Below, piece by piece: positions 1-14,005 of a stretch of 64,000 bases of DNA. The translations under genes were made by a program, and so were the position numbers. The stretch lies in NCBI RefSeq assembly GCF_009914755.1, contig NC_060927.1; one strand, written 5' to 3'. Below the pieces are notes generated by a model. The model saw nothing but the letters and a program-made list of their open reading frames with translations. It had not been told where the DNA came from and ran no database searches. The first letter of the stretch is position 1; the number at the start of each line of letters is the position of its first letter. The DNA is from the human T2T-CHM13v2.0 reference genome, Homo sapiens.

Positions 1-120
1 TGAAGTTATTGTAATTTGTATTGAATTTTTGTCTGTTAACCCTGTATGCTGTATCCTTGATAAATTCACTGATTTGTTCCAGGAGTTTGTTGCTTGTTTG
101 TTTTGTTTGGCTTTGGATTC
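1..120 (-). mobile_element. Old L1 (L1M-type) ORF2 fragment, continues at 515
   Basis: Resembles antisense L1M ORF2 (gtatccttgataaattcactgatttgttccaggag) and resumes in register after the MLT2 insertion. Confidence 0.65.
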
Positions 121-514
121 TGTATCATTCAAAGTTTTCCATAGAAACAAAATAACTAGAATATATATATAGAGAGATCTATGGGAGTGGCTCATGTGAT
201 GATGGAAGGTGGCAATTCCAAAATTTGTAGGACAGGCCACCAGACTGGAAATTTGGGGGCAGGAGTTGATGATGCAGTCTTGAGGAAAAACTTCTTTTTC
301 CTCAGCGAAACCTCAGTTTACTTTTAACACCTTTAAAATGATTGAATGAGGCCCATACACATTATCAAGAATGATCTCCCTAAATTTAAGTAAACTGATT
401 GCAGATGTTAACCGCATCTACAAAACACCTTTACTATAAGATCTATATTAGTTTTTAAGTTAGGTACAAATCTATTTAGCCTAGCTAAGCGTACACATTA
501 AACTAACCATCACA
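121..514 (-). mobile_element. ERVL solo LTR, MLT2D-like
   Basis: TG...CA ends (tgtatcattc / aactaaccatcaca), internal match to recalled MLT2D motifs (gaggcccatacacattatcaag, tgcagtcttgagg), perfect 5-bp TSD GATTC at 116-120 and 515-519. Confidence 0.85.
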
Positions 515-1024
515 GATTCTTTGGGATTTTCTAGGTGGATAATAATATGTCATCTATAAATAAGGCAGTTATATTCCTCTTTTTCCCATCCATATAGCTT
601 TTTATTCCTGTATCTACTGTACTGGTCAGAACTTCCAGAACAATGTTAAATAAGAATGATCAGAGTACCTGTTCTTCCTTGTTACTTATATAACATAGAA
701 AGCATTTAATCTTTCAACATTAAGGTGACGTTAGCTGTAGAATCTTAGGTTGAGAAAGTTTCCTTCTATTTCAAATTTGTTGAGAGATTTTTATTATAAA
801 TAGATATGGAATTATAAAATGCATTTTATATGATCATGTAATGGGTTATTGACATTTGAATATTGAATCAGCCTTGCATCCGTGAGATAAATCCCACTTT
901 GATGAAGAGTTTTGAGGTTTTTGTATTTGTTTAGTGTATTCATTGATAGATTCAAATTTCCAACATTTTATTGAGGATTTATTTCTCTGTTCATAGTAGA
1001 TACTAGTCTTACATTTATTTTCTT
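515..1024 (-). mobile_element. Old L1M ORF2 fragment (host of younger insertions)
   Basis: Antisense ORF2 motifs: agaacttccagaacaatgttaaataagaatg, ttgagaaagtttccttctatt, cagccttgcatccgtgagataaatcccactt. Confidence 0.8.
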
Positions 1025-2812
1025 TTATTCTTCAAAATTATAATTTGATATTATTTTATTTAAAAAATATTTTATTTTAAGTTCCAGGGTACATGTGCAG
1101 GATATGCAGGTTTGTTACACAGGAAAACATGTACCATGGTACTTTGCTGCACCTATCAACACATCACCGAAGTATTAAGCCCACATGCTTTGGCTATTTT
1201 TCCTGATGTTTTCACAACCTGCTGACAGGCCCTAGTGTGTGTTGTTCACTTCATTGTGTCCATGTGTTCTCATTGTTCAGCTCCCACTTTAGTGTGAGAA
1301 CATGCAGTGTTTGGTTTCCTGTTCCTGGGATAGTTTGCTGAGGATAATGGCTTTCAGCTTCATTCGTGTCCCTGCAAAAAACATGATCTTATTTGTTTTT
1401 AATGGCTGTGTAGTATTCCATGGTGTATATGTACCACATTTTCTTCATCCAGTCTACCATTTGTGGGCATTTGGGTTGATTCCATGTCTTTGCTATTGTG
1501 AATGGGGCTGCAATAAACATATACGTGCATGTACCTTTATAATAGAATGATTTAAATTCCCTTGGGTATATACCCAGTAATGGGATTGCTGGGTCAAATG
1601 GTATTTCTGTCTTTAGATCTTTGAAGAATTACCACATTGTCTTTCACAATGGTTGAACTAATTTATTCTTCCACCACGAGCTGGTCTCATAAAAAAATTA
1701 GGGAATAATTATTTCTATGATTTTTCTGGTATCAGTAATAATTCTGATTGCTGTGTGGTGGTATCTCATTGTGGTTTTGATTTGCATTTATCTTATGATC
1801 TGTGATGTTGAGCTTTTTTTCATATGTTTGTTGGCTGCATAAATGTCTTCTTTTGAGAAGTATCTGTTCATGTGCTTTGCTCATTTTTTAATGGGGTTGT
1901 GTGCTTTTTTTTCTTATAAATGTATTTAAGTTTCTTATAGACACTGGATTTTAGACCTTTGTCAGATGAATAGATGGCAAAAATTTTCTCCCATTCTGGA
2001 GTTTGTAAGTTCTGATAATAGTTTCTTTTGCTGTGCAGAAGCTCTTTAGTTTAATAGGTCCCATTTGTCAATTTTTTCTTTTGCTGCAATTGCTTGTGCT
2101 ATTTTTGTCATGAAATCTCTGTCTGTGCCTATGTCCTGAATGGTATTGCCTAGGTTTTCTTCTAGAGTACTTAAAGTTATAGGTTTTACATTGAAGTCTT
2201 TAATCCATCTTAATTTACTTTTTGGATAATTGATAAGGAAGGAGACCAGTATCAATTTTCTGCATACGGCCAGCCAGTTCTTCCAGCACCATTTATTAAA
2301 TAGGGAATCCTTTCTCCATTGCTTGTTTTTGTCAGGTTTGTCAAAGATCAGAAGTTGTAGATGTGTGGTCTTATTCCTTAGCTCTCTATTCTGTTCCATT
2401 GGTCTATGTGTCTGTTTTTTGTACCAGTTCCATGCTATTTTGGTTGTTGTAGGGTTGAAGAATAGCTTGAAGTTGGGTAGCGTAATGCCTCCAGCTTTAT
2501 TGTTTTTGCTTAGGATTGTCTTGGCTATCTGGGCTCTTTTTTGTTTACATGTGAATTTTAAAATACTTTTTTTTTGCTAATTCTGTGAAGAATGTCAATG
2601 GTAGTTTAATGGGAATAGCACTGAATCTATAAATTGCTTTGGATAGTATGGCCATTTTTACCATATTGATTCTTCCTATCTATGAGCATGGAATGCTTTT
2701 CCATTTGTTTGTGTCCTCTCTGGTTTCCCTGAGAAGTGATTTGTAGTTCTCCTTGAAGAGGTCCTTTGCTTTTCTTGTTAGCTGTATTCCTAGGTATTTT
2801 ATTCTCTTTGTA
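1025..2812 (-). mobile_element. L1PA (about PA8-PA12) 3' segment: 3'UTR and distal ORF2
   Basis: T-rich tail, then gttccagggtacatgtgcagg 3'UTR; ORF2-like peptide fragments ([21 protein letters not shown]); candidate TSD TTTATTTTCTT at 1014-1024 and 3480-3490. Confidence 0.92.
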
Positions 2813-3479
2813 GGGACAGTTGAAAAGGAGGGACTCCTCCATAACTCATTTTATGAGGCCAGCATCATCCTGATACAAAAACCTGGCAGAGATGTAACAA
2901 CAAAAAATAAAACTTCAGGCCAATATCCCTGATGAACATTAATGCAAAAATCCTCAGTAAAATATTGGCAAACTGAATCCAGCAGCACATCAAAAAGCTA
3001 ATCCACCATGATCAAATAGGCTTCATACCCAGGATGCAAGGCTGGTTCAACATATGCAAATCCATAAACCTAATGCATCACATAAACAGAACTAAAGACA
3101 AAAAACTCACATGATTATCTCAATTTATACAGAAAAGGCCTTTGATAGAATTCAACATCACTTTATGTTAAAAACTCTCAATAAACAAGGTACTGAAGGA
3201 ACATACCTCAAAATAATAAGAGCCATTTATGACAAACTGACACTCAACATCATACTGAATGGGCTAAAGCTGGAAGCATTCCCCCTTGAAAACTGGTAAA
3301 AGACAAGGATGCCTTCTCTCATCACTCCTGTTCAACATAGTACTGGAAGTTCTATCCAGGGAAATCAGGCAAGAGAAAGAAATATATGGGATTCAAATTA
3401 AAAGTTAGGAAGTCAAATTGTCTTTGTTTGACAATATCTAGAAAACCCCATTGTCTCAGTCCAAAAGTTTCTTTTGTGG
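2813..3479 (+). mobile_element. Inverted 5' segment of the same L1 (ORF2 RT region)
   Basis: Sense-strand ORF2 RT sequence ([25 protein letters not shown]) directly abutting the antisense segment and ending at the TSD. Confidence 0.88.
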
Positions 3480-3880
3480 TTTATTTTCTTGTACGATATT
3501 TATTAGGTTTCACCATTAAGATCATGCTGATCTCATAAAAAAAATTAGGGAATAATCATTTATATGATTTTTCTGGAATAAATGATTTATGGAATTCACC
3601 AGTTTAAATATCTAGGACTAAAAAATTTCCTTTTGAATGATTATTTACAATCCCAGTATCTTAAGTAGTAAAAGTGTAGAATTATTCTGCTTATGTATTT
3701 CATCAGTGGGGGGGTGGTTAAGCATTTCATGGTTTTGTTGCATTCCATTTAAGTATTCTAATTTATATGCATACAATTGTTATAACATTCCCTTACTATG
3801 CTTTTAATGTCTATGGCATTTGTAGTGACATCCTGCCTTCCATTTCTAGTATTAGTAATTTGTGTTTTATCTCTCTTTTT
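3480..3880 (-). mobile_element. Continuation of old L1M fragment
   Basis: Resumes the L1M antisense sequence interrupted at 1024 (atcatgctgatctcataaaa, ggaattcaccagt, catttctagtattagtaatttgtg). Confidence 0.65.
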
Positions 3881-4710
3881 TTAAAAAATATGAAAAATAG
3901 ACTAGTGTTTGACCATCTGTATATCATTCCATGTTCACATACTCTCTTATTTAATTATTGCAAAACTATTTTAAGTAGGTAATACTATCTTTTTGCTGCA
4001 AACAAATAAAATGTTGATTTGGAGAGGGTTATATTATTTTCTAAAAATAAACTGGTTATAACTTGAAGATCTATGTTTAAAGTCAAGTCATGTATGTGCA
4101 TACATTCTGAAAAATGTGTCATCAGGTGATTTCATTGTTGTGTTGACATCATAGAGTGTTCTTACACAAACCTATGTCATACAGCCTTACAAAAATCTAA
4201 TATAGCACATATAGGCTATATAGCATAGTATATTGCTCTTAGACTACAAACCTGTACATCATGTTACTATACTCAGTGGCGTAGGCAACTATAACAAAAT
4301 AGTAAATATTTGTGTATCTAAACATAGAAAAGATACAATAAAATAATGCATAAAATATTTTTAAAATGGTCATGTGTCTAGGGCACTTACAATAAATGGA
4401 GCTTGCAGGACTGGAAGTTGTTCTGGGTGAATCAGTGAGTGAGTGGTGAATGAATGTGAAGGCCTAGGACATTGTTGTACACTATTGTAAACTCTGTAAT
4501 CACTGTACACTTAGGCTACACTAAATTTGTAAAAAAAAAAAATCTTTCTTCAATAATAGATTTACCTCAGCTTACTGTAACTTTTTTACTTTATAAACAA
4601 AATTTTTTTAAAAAATGATAACTTTTGTAATAACGGTTTAAAACACAATCTAGTTATACAAAAATATTTTCTTTCTTTATATCCTTATTCTATAAGCTTT
4701 CTTCTATGTT

Positions 4711-7700
4711 TTAACTTTTATTTTAAGTTCAGGGGTACATGTACAGGTTTGTTATTTAGGTAAATTTTTGTCATGGGGGTTTGTTGTACAGATTATTTCG
4801 TTACCCAGGTATTAAGCATAGTATTCATTAGTTATTTTTCCTTATCATCTCCCTCCTCCACTCCACCCTCCTATAGCCCCCAGTGTCTGTTGTCCCCCTC
4901 TATGTGTCCATGTGTTTTCATCATTTAGCTCCCACTTATAAGTGAGAGTATGCAGTATTTGACTTTCTGTTCCTGTGTTAGTTTGCTACAGAAAATGGTC
5001 ACCAGCTCCATCCATATCCCTGCAAAGTACATGATCTCATTTTTTATGGCTGCATAGTACTCCATGGTACATATGTACCACATTTTCTTTATCCAGTCTA
5101 CCATTGATGGGCATTTAGGTTGATTCCATGTATTTGCTATTGTGAATAGGACTGCAATGAACATATACTTGCATGTGCGTTTATGTTGAATGGTTTATAT
5201 TCCTTTGGGTATATACCCAGTAATGGAATTTCTTGGTCTAATGGTCGTTTTGTTTTTAGGTCTTTGAGAAATGGTCACACTGTTTTCCACAATTATTGAA
5301 CTAATTCACAGCCACACTAACAGTGTATAAGTGTTTATTTTTCTCCACAACCTTGCCAGCACCTATTATTTTTTGATTTTTCAGTAATAGCTATTCTCAC
5401 TGGTGAGAGATGGTATCTCAATGTGGTATTTATTTGCATTTTCTTAATGATCAGTGAAACTGAACTGTTTTTCATCTGCTTGTTGGTTTTATGTATCTCT
5501 TCTTTCGAAAAAGTGTCTGTTTATGTACTTTGCTCACGTTTTAATGGGATTGTTTGTTTTTTATTCTTGTAAATTTGGTTAAATTTCTCATAATTCTGGA
5601 TAATAAACCTTTGTCAGATGGACAGATTGCAAAAATTTACTCCCATTCTGTAGGTTGTCTGTTCACTCTGATGATGGTTTCTTTTGCTTTGCAGAAGCTC
5701 TTTCATTTTAATTTGATCCTATTTGTCAATTTTTGCTTTTGTTGCAATTGCTTTTGGTATCTTTAGAACGAAATTTTGTCTGTTTCTATGTCCAGATTGG
5801 TATATTGCCTAGGTTGTATTGCAGGATTTGTATAGTTTTGAGTTATATATTTAAGTTTTTAATCCATCTTGAGTTGATGGTTGTATATGGTGTAAGGAAG
5901 GAGTCCCATTACAATCTTCAGCATATGGCTAGCCAGTTTTCCCAGCATCATTTGTTGAAGAAGGAGTCCTTTCCCTATTGCTGATTTTTGTCAACTTTGT
6001 TGAAGGTGAGATTGTAGTAGGTATGTGACCTTATTTATGGGTTATTTTTCTGATCCATTGTTCTATGTGTCTGTGTTTATACCAGTACCATGCTGTTTTG
6101 TCTACTGTGGCCCTGCAGAAAATTTAAAGTTGGGTAGCATGATGCCTCCAGGTTTATTCTTTTTGCTTAGGATTCTCTTGGTTATCCAGGCCCTTTGTTG
6201 GTTTTATATGAATTTTAAAATAGTTTCTCCTACTTCTGTGATTAATGTCAATGGTAGTTTATGGGAATATCATTGAATCTATAAATTACTTTGAGCAGTA
6301 TAACCATTTTCACAATATATTGATTCTTCCTATCCATGAGCATGGAATGTGTTTCCATTTGTTTGTGACCACTCTGATTTCTTTGAACAGTGATTTGTAG
6401 TTCTTGTAGAGATCTATCACCTCCCTGGTTAGCTGTATCCCTAGGTATTTCATTCTTTTGGTGTCAATTGTGAATGCCAGTTCATTTGTGATTTGGCTCT
6501 TGGCTTGACTGTTGTTTTTTTATAGGCATGCAAGTATAATAGTGATTTTTGTCCATCTGTTTTTTATCTTGAGACTCCGAAGTTGTTTACCAGCTTAAGG
6601 AGTTTTGTGCCAAGACTATGAAATTTTCTAGATATAGGACTTTGTCATCTGCAAACAGGGATAATTTGACTTCCTCTCTTCCTATTTGGATGCCCTATAT
6701 TTCTTTCTCTTGCACTGGCCAGGACTTCCAATACTATGTTGAATAGGAGTGGTAAGAGAGAGAGCATCCTTCCCTTGTGCTGGTTTTCAAGAGGAATGCT
6801 TCTGGTTTGGGCCCATTCAGCACGAAGTTGACTGTGGATTTGTCATTGATGGCTCTTATTACTTTGAGGTAAGTTCCTTTAATACCCAGTTTATTGAGAG
6901 CTTTTAACATGAAAGAGTGTCTGAATTTTATCAAAAGCATTTTCTACATCTACTGAATCATGTGGGTTTAGTCTTTACTTCTGTTCACGTGATGGATTAC
7001 GTTTGTGGATTTGCATATGTTGAACCAGCCTTGCATCCCGGATATGAAGCCTGCTTGATCATGGTAGATAAGCTTTTTGATATGCTGCTGGATTTGGTTT
7101 GTCACTATTTTGTTGAGTATTTTTGCTTTGATGTTCATCAGGGATGTTGGCTTGACATTTTCTATTTTTGTTGTTTCTCTGTCAGGTTTTGGTATCAGGG
7201 TATTGCTGACCTCATAGAATGAGTTAGGAAGGAGTTACTTCTACTCAATTTTTTGGAATAGTTTCAGCAGGAGTGCTACCAGCTCTTCTTTGTACATATG
7301 GTAGAATATGGCTGTGGATCCGTGTGGTCCCATGCTTTTTGTTGTTGTTGTTGGTGGTGGTAGGATATTTATTACTGATTCAATTTCGGAGCTCATTATT
7401 CATCTGTTCTGGGATTCAATTTATTAAAGAAAATCTTCTAGATTTTCTACTTTAAGTGCATAGAAGTATTCATAATAATATCTGATGGTTATTTGTATTT
7501 CTGTTGGGTCAAAGCAATATTCCCTTAGTCATTTCTGATTGTGTTTATTTGGATCTTCTTCCATTTCTTCTTTATTAGTCTAGCTGCAGTCTATCTATTT
7601 TATTAATTTTTTGAAAGTAACAACTTCTGGATTTGTTGATCTTTTGAATAATTTTTTGTATCTCAATCTCCTTCAGTTCAGCTCTTATTTTGTTTATTTC

Positions 7701-9380
7701 TTGTCTTCTGCTAGCTTTGGGGTTGGTTTGCTCTTTGTACTCTAATTCTTTTAGTTGTGATGTTAGGTTATTAAATTAAGGTCTTTCTAACTTTTTGATA
7801 TGGGTACTAAGTGCTAGGGATTTCCCTCTTAACTTTGCCTTAACTGTGTCGCAGATATTCTAGTATGTTTTATCTTCATTCTAATTAGTTTTAAGGAGCT
7901 TCTTGATGTCTGCCTTAATTTCATTATTTATCCAAAAGTCATTCAAGAACCGATTATTCAATTTCCATGTAATTGTATGGTTTTAAGCAATGTTCTTGGT
8001 CTTGATCTCTAATTTTATTGTGCTGTTGTTTAAGAGTGATTTTTATTATTTGAATTATTTTGCATTGGGTGAGGAGTGTTATAGATCCAAATATTTGGTC
8101 AATTTTAGAATATGTGCCACATGGCAATGAGAAGAATGTATATTCTGTTTTTATGGCATGGAAAGCACTATAGATGTCTATCAGGTCCATTTGATCAAAT
8201 TTTGAGTCAGGTACTGAATATCTTTGTTAATTTTCCGCCTTAATAATCTGTCTAATACTCAGAGGGATGTTGATGTCTCTCACGATTGTTGTGTGGGAGC
8301 CTATGTCCCTTTGAAAGTCTCTAAGAACTTGCTTTATCGATCCAGGTGCTCCTGTTTTAGGTGCACATACATTTAGAATAATTAGGTGTTGTTGAATTGA
8401 AACTTTACCATTATGTAATGCCCTTCTTTGATCTTTTCTTATCTTTGTTGGTTTAGAGACTGCTTTGCCTGAAATAAATATTTTAACCCTTGCTTTTTTT
8501 TCTGTTTTCCATTTGCTTGGTAAACTTTTCTCCAACCATTTGTGTTGAGACTAAAGGTGTCATTGCATGTGAGATGGATATCTTGAAGACAGCATATCAA
8601 TGGGTCTTGGATCCTTATTTAGCTTGCTATTCTGTGCCTTTTAACTGGGGCATTTAGCTTGTTTCCATTCAATGTTAATATTCATATGTATAGATTTGGT
8701 TCTGTCATCATGATGTTGGCTGGTCTGCCCAGTTAAGTGTGCTTTTGTACTGGCTCATAATGCTCTTTCCTTTCCATATTTAGTGTTTCTTTCAGGAGTT
8801 CTTGTAGGCAGGTCTGGTGGTAACAAATTCCCTCAGCATTTACTTTTCTGAAAGGATCTTATTTCTCCTTTGCTTATGAAGCTTAATTTGGCTGGATATG
8901 AAATTCTTGGTTGGAATGTCTTTCAATTAAGAATGTTGAATATTTGCCCCCAAATCTCTTCTGGCTTCTATAGTTTCTGCTGAGAGGTCTGCTGTTAGTC
9001 TGATGGGCTCCCCTTGGTAGGTAGTCTGACCTTTCTCTCTAGTTGCCTTTAATATTTTTAATTTCATGTCAATCTTAGAGAATCCTATGATTATATGTGT
9101 TGGAGATGATTTTCCTGTGGAGTATCTTACTTGGGTTCTCTGCATTTTCAGAATTTGAATGTTGGCCTGTAGCTAGGTTGGGGGAAATTGTCATGGATGA
9201 TATTCTGAAATTTGTTTTTCAAGTTTCTTTCATTCTCTGCATCTCTTTCAGAGACATGAATGAGTCATAGATTCAGTCTCTTTACATAATGCAATATTTC
9301 TTGGAGATTTTGTTCATTCCATTTTGTTCTTTTTCTCCTACTTTTTTCTGACTTTCATATTTCAGAAAACCAGTTTTCTA
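4711..9380 (-). mobile_element. L1PA13-16-like element, 3'UTR through ORF2 into ORF1, 5'-truncated
   Basis: 3'UTR ggggtacatgtacaggtttgtt...tgttgtacagattatttcg; broken ORF2 peptides and ORF1 peptide (KATREKGQTTYQGEPIRLTADLSAET). Confidence 0.93.
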
Positions 9381-9601
9381 GCAACCTCCTCCTCCTGGAT
9401 TCAAGCTATTCTCCTGCCTCAGCCTCCTGAGTAGTTGGGATTACACGCAATCACAAACATGCCCTGCTAATTTTTTATTTTTAGTAATGACAAGGTTTCA
9501 CCATGTTGGCCAGGCTGGTCTTGGACTCCTGACTGCAAGTGATCCACCTGCCTTGGCCTCCCAAAGTGCTAGGACTACAGGCATGAGCCACCATGCCTGG
9601 C
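9381..9601 (-). mobile_element. Alu (AluJb/Sz-like) lacking its 3' ~70 nt and poly-A
   Basis: Left arm and part of the right arm present; joins L1 ORF1 directly at 9380/9381 with no A-tail. Confidence 0.9.
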
Positions 9602-9627
9602 TTCTCTTTGACTTTTCAAAAATTTTT

Positions 9628-9728
9628 TCAAGTGCTGTAGTGAGAAGGTGGAAAAGCACAGAACAAAAAATTTGACATGAAACTGACTGAACAATCAATT
9701 GAGATAACTCACTACCTTTGGACCAGAC
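9628..9728 (-). pseudogene. Y1 RNA (RNY1) retro-pseudogene
   Basis: Minus strand reads GTCTGGTCCAAAGGTAGTGAGTTATCTCAATTGATTGTTCAGTCAGTT...CCTTCTCACTACAGCACTTGA, matching hY1 (GGCTGGTCCGAAGGTAGTGAGTTATCTCAATTGATTGTTCACAGTCAGTT...CTTCTCACTACTGCACTTGA); last ~10 nt missing. Confidence 0.92.
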
Positions 9729-10400
9729 TTTTTTCTATTTTTAATTTTATTTTTACCTTTAAAACTTTTTGTTTGAAAGCTGAAACACAAACCTACACAT
9801 TGTTCTATGCCTACACATGCTCAGAATCATCAATTTCATTGTCTTCTACCTCTACATCTTGTCCCACTGGAAGGTCTATAAGGGCAATAACACCCATGGA
9901 GCCGTCATCTCCTATGATAACAGTGCCTTCTTCTGGAATACTTATTAAAGGACCTACCTGAGGCTCTTCTTGAGGAAGTTTCACTCTTTTCAGAAACATC
10001 TTCGTTGTTTACTTGGTTTGTTTCTCTTTTTCATTATAGCTTTGTTTCTAATCAGATAATACAACATAAACATTATTCTTTGTTAATGAAAACCTTTTGA
10101 TGTTATGGTATGTTTTTACAATTTTAGGGAGCTTGATGAGATCTGCACACACTTTCATAAATTCTTAGCTGTGAATTTTCATGGGGATTCATGAAGTCAT
10201 GGATGAACCTCCTGAGTGTCTTCCTCCAGACACTATTCACATACTCCTCGGTGACATCACCAAGCCTGAGCAATGTTCTTTATATACTTATAGATGTAAT
10301 CCTTCCAGAATTCTATCAATATATTCTCAGTATCCCCCTCAGTTGCAGCAATAGCCTGGCCAATGTTCTTCTCAGATGTTAGACCTTAAAAGCTGCTGTA

Positions 10401-11490
<1,090 letters not shown>

Positions 11491-11870
11491 AGCATGATTG
11501 CAAGAAAAAACACAAACAAACACAAAAACAAAAACAAGTACACTTTTGTTCAAATATTTTACTTTGCTGTCAATCTGAGGGCAATGACAATTTAATATTC
11601 TAGCGTTCTAAGATCTCAGAAGGTGGTGATTTTCACCTACTACAATTTTCTTGGTAGCTATAATTATCTAATAAAAACTAAGAGAAATGACTTTAAACAT
11701 TTCAATTCCAAAACTGTATACAAATGTAATAATTTACCACCAACTGGTCCATCTGCAATAACTAATGTCTATGTACATGCATAGCAATCATTCGCACATT
11801 CCAACCAGACCAACCAAATCCACTTTCTATACAATTTTCTATAAAAATATTAAAATCTAAAAGGAAGAAG
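11491..11870 (+). other. Non-L1 sequence inside the L1 TSD: probable 3' transduction
   Basis: Lies between the L1 3' end and the right TSD copy; ends with ATTAAA (11849-11854) and an A-rich tail remnant. Confidence 0.7.
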
Positions 11871-12453
11871 AAAAGCTGCTGTAACTCCTTGTTCCATTGG
11901 TTGGACCAAAGAGATGGTGTTTGGAGAAAAAAAGCACCTCTTTAATATTAGGAAGAAAATCACCTATAAAAGGAGGATGTGCGGGAGCATTATGAACAAT
12001 AAACACAATTTTGAAAGGTATGTCATTTTTTACAAAGCACTTCTCCATTTTGCTTGCATAGCAGTTCCAGAGGGTATCTTGGAAGGGGAACTGGATAATA
12101 TGTAACTTCATACTGTTTCTGTAGTTCACTATCAGTGTGCACTTATTAATATGCTTGAAGGCCCGGGAGTCCCTATGGTGCCAGATCACAAAAGGTTTTA
12201 ATTTGTAGCCTGCAATATTGCCCCCAAGCAAGGCTGTTTTCCTGTCCTTAAAAGCCTTCACACCTGGCATTGATGACACTTCATTGTAGATGAAAGTTCT
12301 TTCAGGCATCTGTTTCCAGAATAGGGAGGTTTCATTCATATTGAAGATTTGCTCTGGCAAGTAATTTTCCTCCACAATCAGCTTATGTACAGTTTCCCAA
12401 AATTCTTCAGCTGCTTTCACATCAGCACTTATAGACTTACCACTCATTTTCAC
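11857..12453 (-). pseudogene. Tigger3 pogo-family DDE transposase remnant
   Basis: EQIFNMNETSLFWKQMPERTFI...KAFKDR...KLKPFVIW...IVHNAPAHP motifs; the expected DET and DNA acidic residues read NET and HNA; frame is disrupted. Confidence 0.85.
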
Positions 12454-13909
12454 ATTATGTAAAAATAATGATTCTTAAATCCTTTAAGCCACTCAGAGCT
12501 AGCAGTAAATTCAACATCATAGTCAAGTCCAGCCTTTTCTTTTTATATTGCAAAGAAACTTTTTGCTTTGGCTGTGATCATCATTGTGCTGAGGGTGATA
12601 CACTTCTGTGTCCGGTCTTTGATCCAGGTCATTAGAAGTTTCTCCATATCTGATATAAGCACTTTTAAAATTTTTGTTTATCCCATTGCCTTCAATGAAT
12701 CATATCCTTTAAAAGCTTTTGTTACTGTGTTCTTCAAGATCATAGCTATGTTAGGCAGGAACATGTATGACTGGTGAGCAATAATCATCATTGATTTTCT
12801 ACCTTTGTAGTCCTTAATCACTTTTAATTTCCTGTTCAGGTGAATGATTCAATGTGGCTTCTTACTGGCAACATTAGCAGTGGATTTTGTATGCTTAGAG
12901 GCCATGATGAGCAAAACCACATGAGATTTGATCAAGTACAAGAGAAAATGATGCAATCAACAGACAAAATAAACACAAAATGTATGAGACTGCTGCTGGC
13001 CTAATGCAGCATATTGTTTTACACTGAACTACTTTTTTTATTATAAATAGAAGAAATACACACTAGCAAAAGTATACAAAATATAGACTGGTAAATATAT
13101 AAACCAGTAACATAGATGTTTATTATTATTATTATTATTATGAACTGTAGGTAATTGCATGCAGTATATTTTCATAAGACCGACAGCACAGTAGGTTTGT
13201 TTATACCAGCATCATCATAAATGTGTAAATAATGCTTTGCAATAGCTATGATGTCACTAGGCAAGAATAATTTTTGAGCTCTATCATAATCTTATGGGAA
13301 CACCGTTGTATATGTGGTCCATGGTTGACGGAAACGTCGTTATGCAGTGCATGACTATATTTAGAAAATGAGTACTATTGTATATTTAAAAATCTGATAG
13401 GCCAAATGAAAACAAATCAAAACCACTCAAACTTTACTAGAAATATCAAAAGATTAATCAGTTAGGAAAAAGATAACCAACCAAAATAGAGTAGATTATA
13501 ACTAATTTTCTTATATTGTTGAACTTTTCCTGGATTTGGATTAAAAAGATAATGTCTTAAATAACAAAACTTATAAAAAAGTTTAATCTTTGGCTAAAAT
13601 AATAAAAAGGCAATTAAAAAAACAAAATATGTAAGTGGCTTTTGACAATGATTTTAGAAGAAGATTGTATGAAGCTCTTGACATAGTAGGTGCTCAATAA
13701 ATATCTGTTAAATGAGGATGATTAATCTCTAAGCAGGATATTAATTGCTTTCTTCATATTATATATAACACTTAGGAATTGTAAGGTTCACTCGTTTGTT
13801 GCTTTTTCTCTGTTTTTATTTCTGAAACCATTAAAAACCTGGGATGGTTAACATCACTCTACTTCATACCCATGACAATTGGTGATCTTATTCAGCAGAC
13901 TAAACATTG

Positions 13910-14005
13910 GTCTGGGACACAGGAGATCTTGCCTAGCTACTGAATACTTAAATTTGAGTCTAAGCAAGTCATTTGATATTCACCTCAGTTTTCTCATCTA
14001 TATAA
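13910..14005 (+). mobile_element. MIR fragment
   Basis: MIR core gcaagtcatttga...cctcagttttctcatctat. Confidence 0.55.

Noticed and set aside
11857-12453. 198-aa ORF as a domesticated TIGD/CENP-B-like gene
   Set aside because: Lies within an interrupted Tigger3 copy, lacks the HTH N-terminus in frame, has mutated catalytic-motif aspartates and is cut by an L1 insertion.
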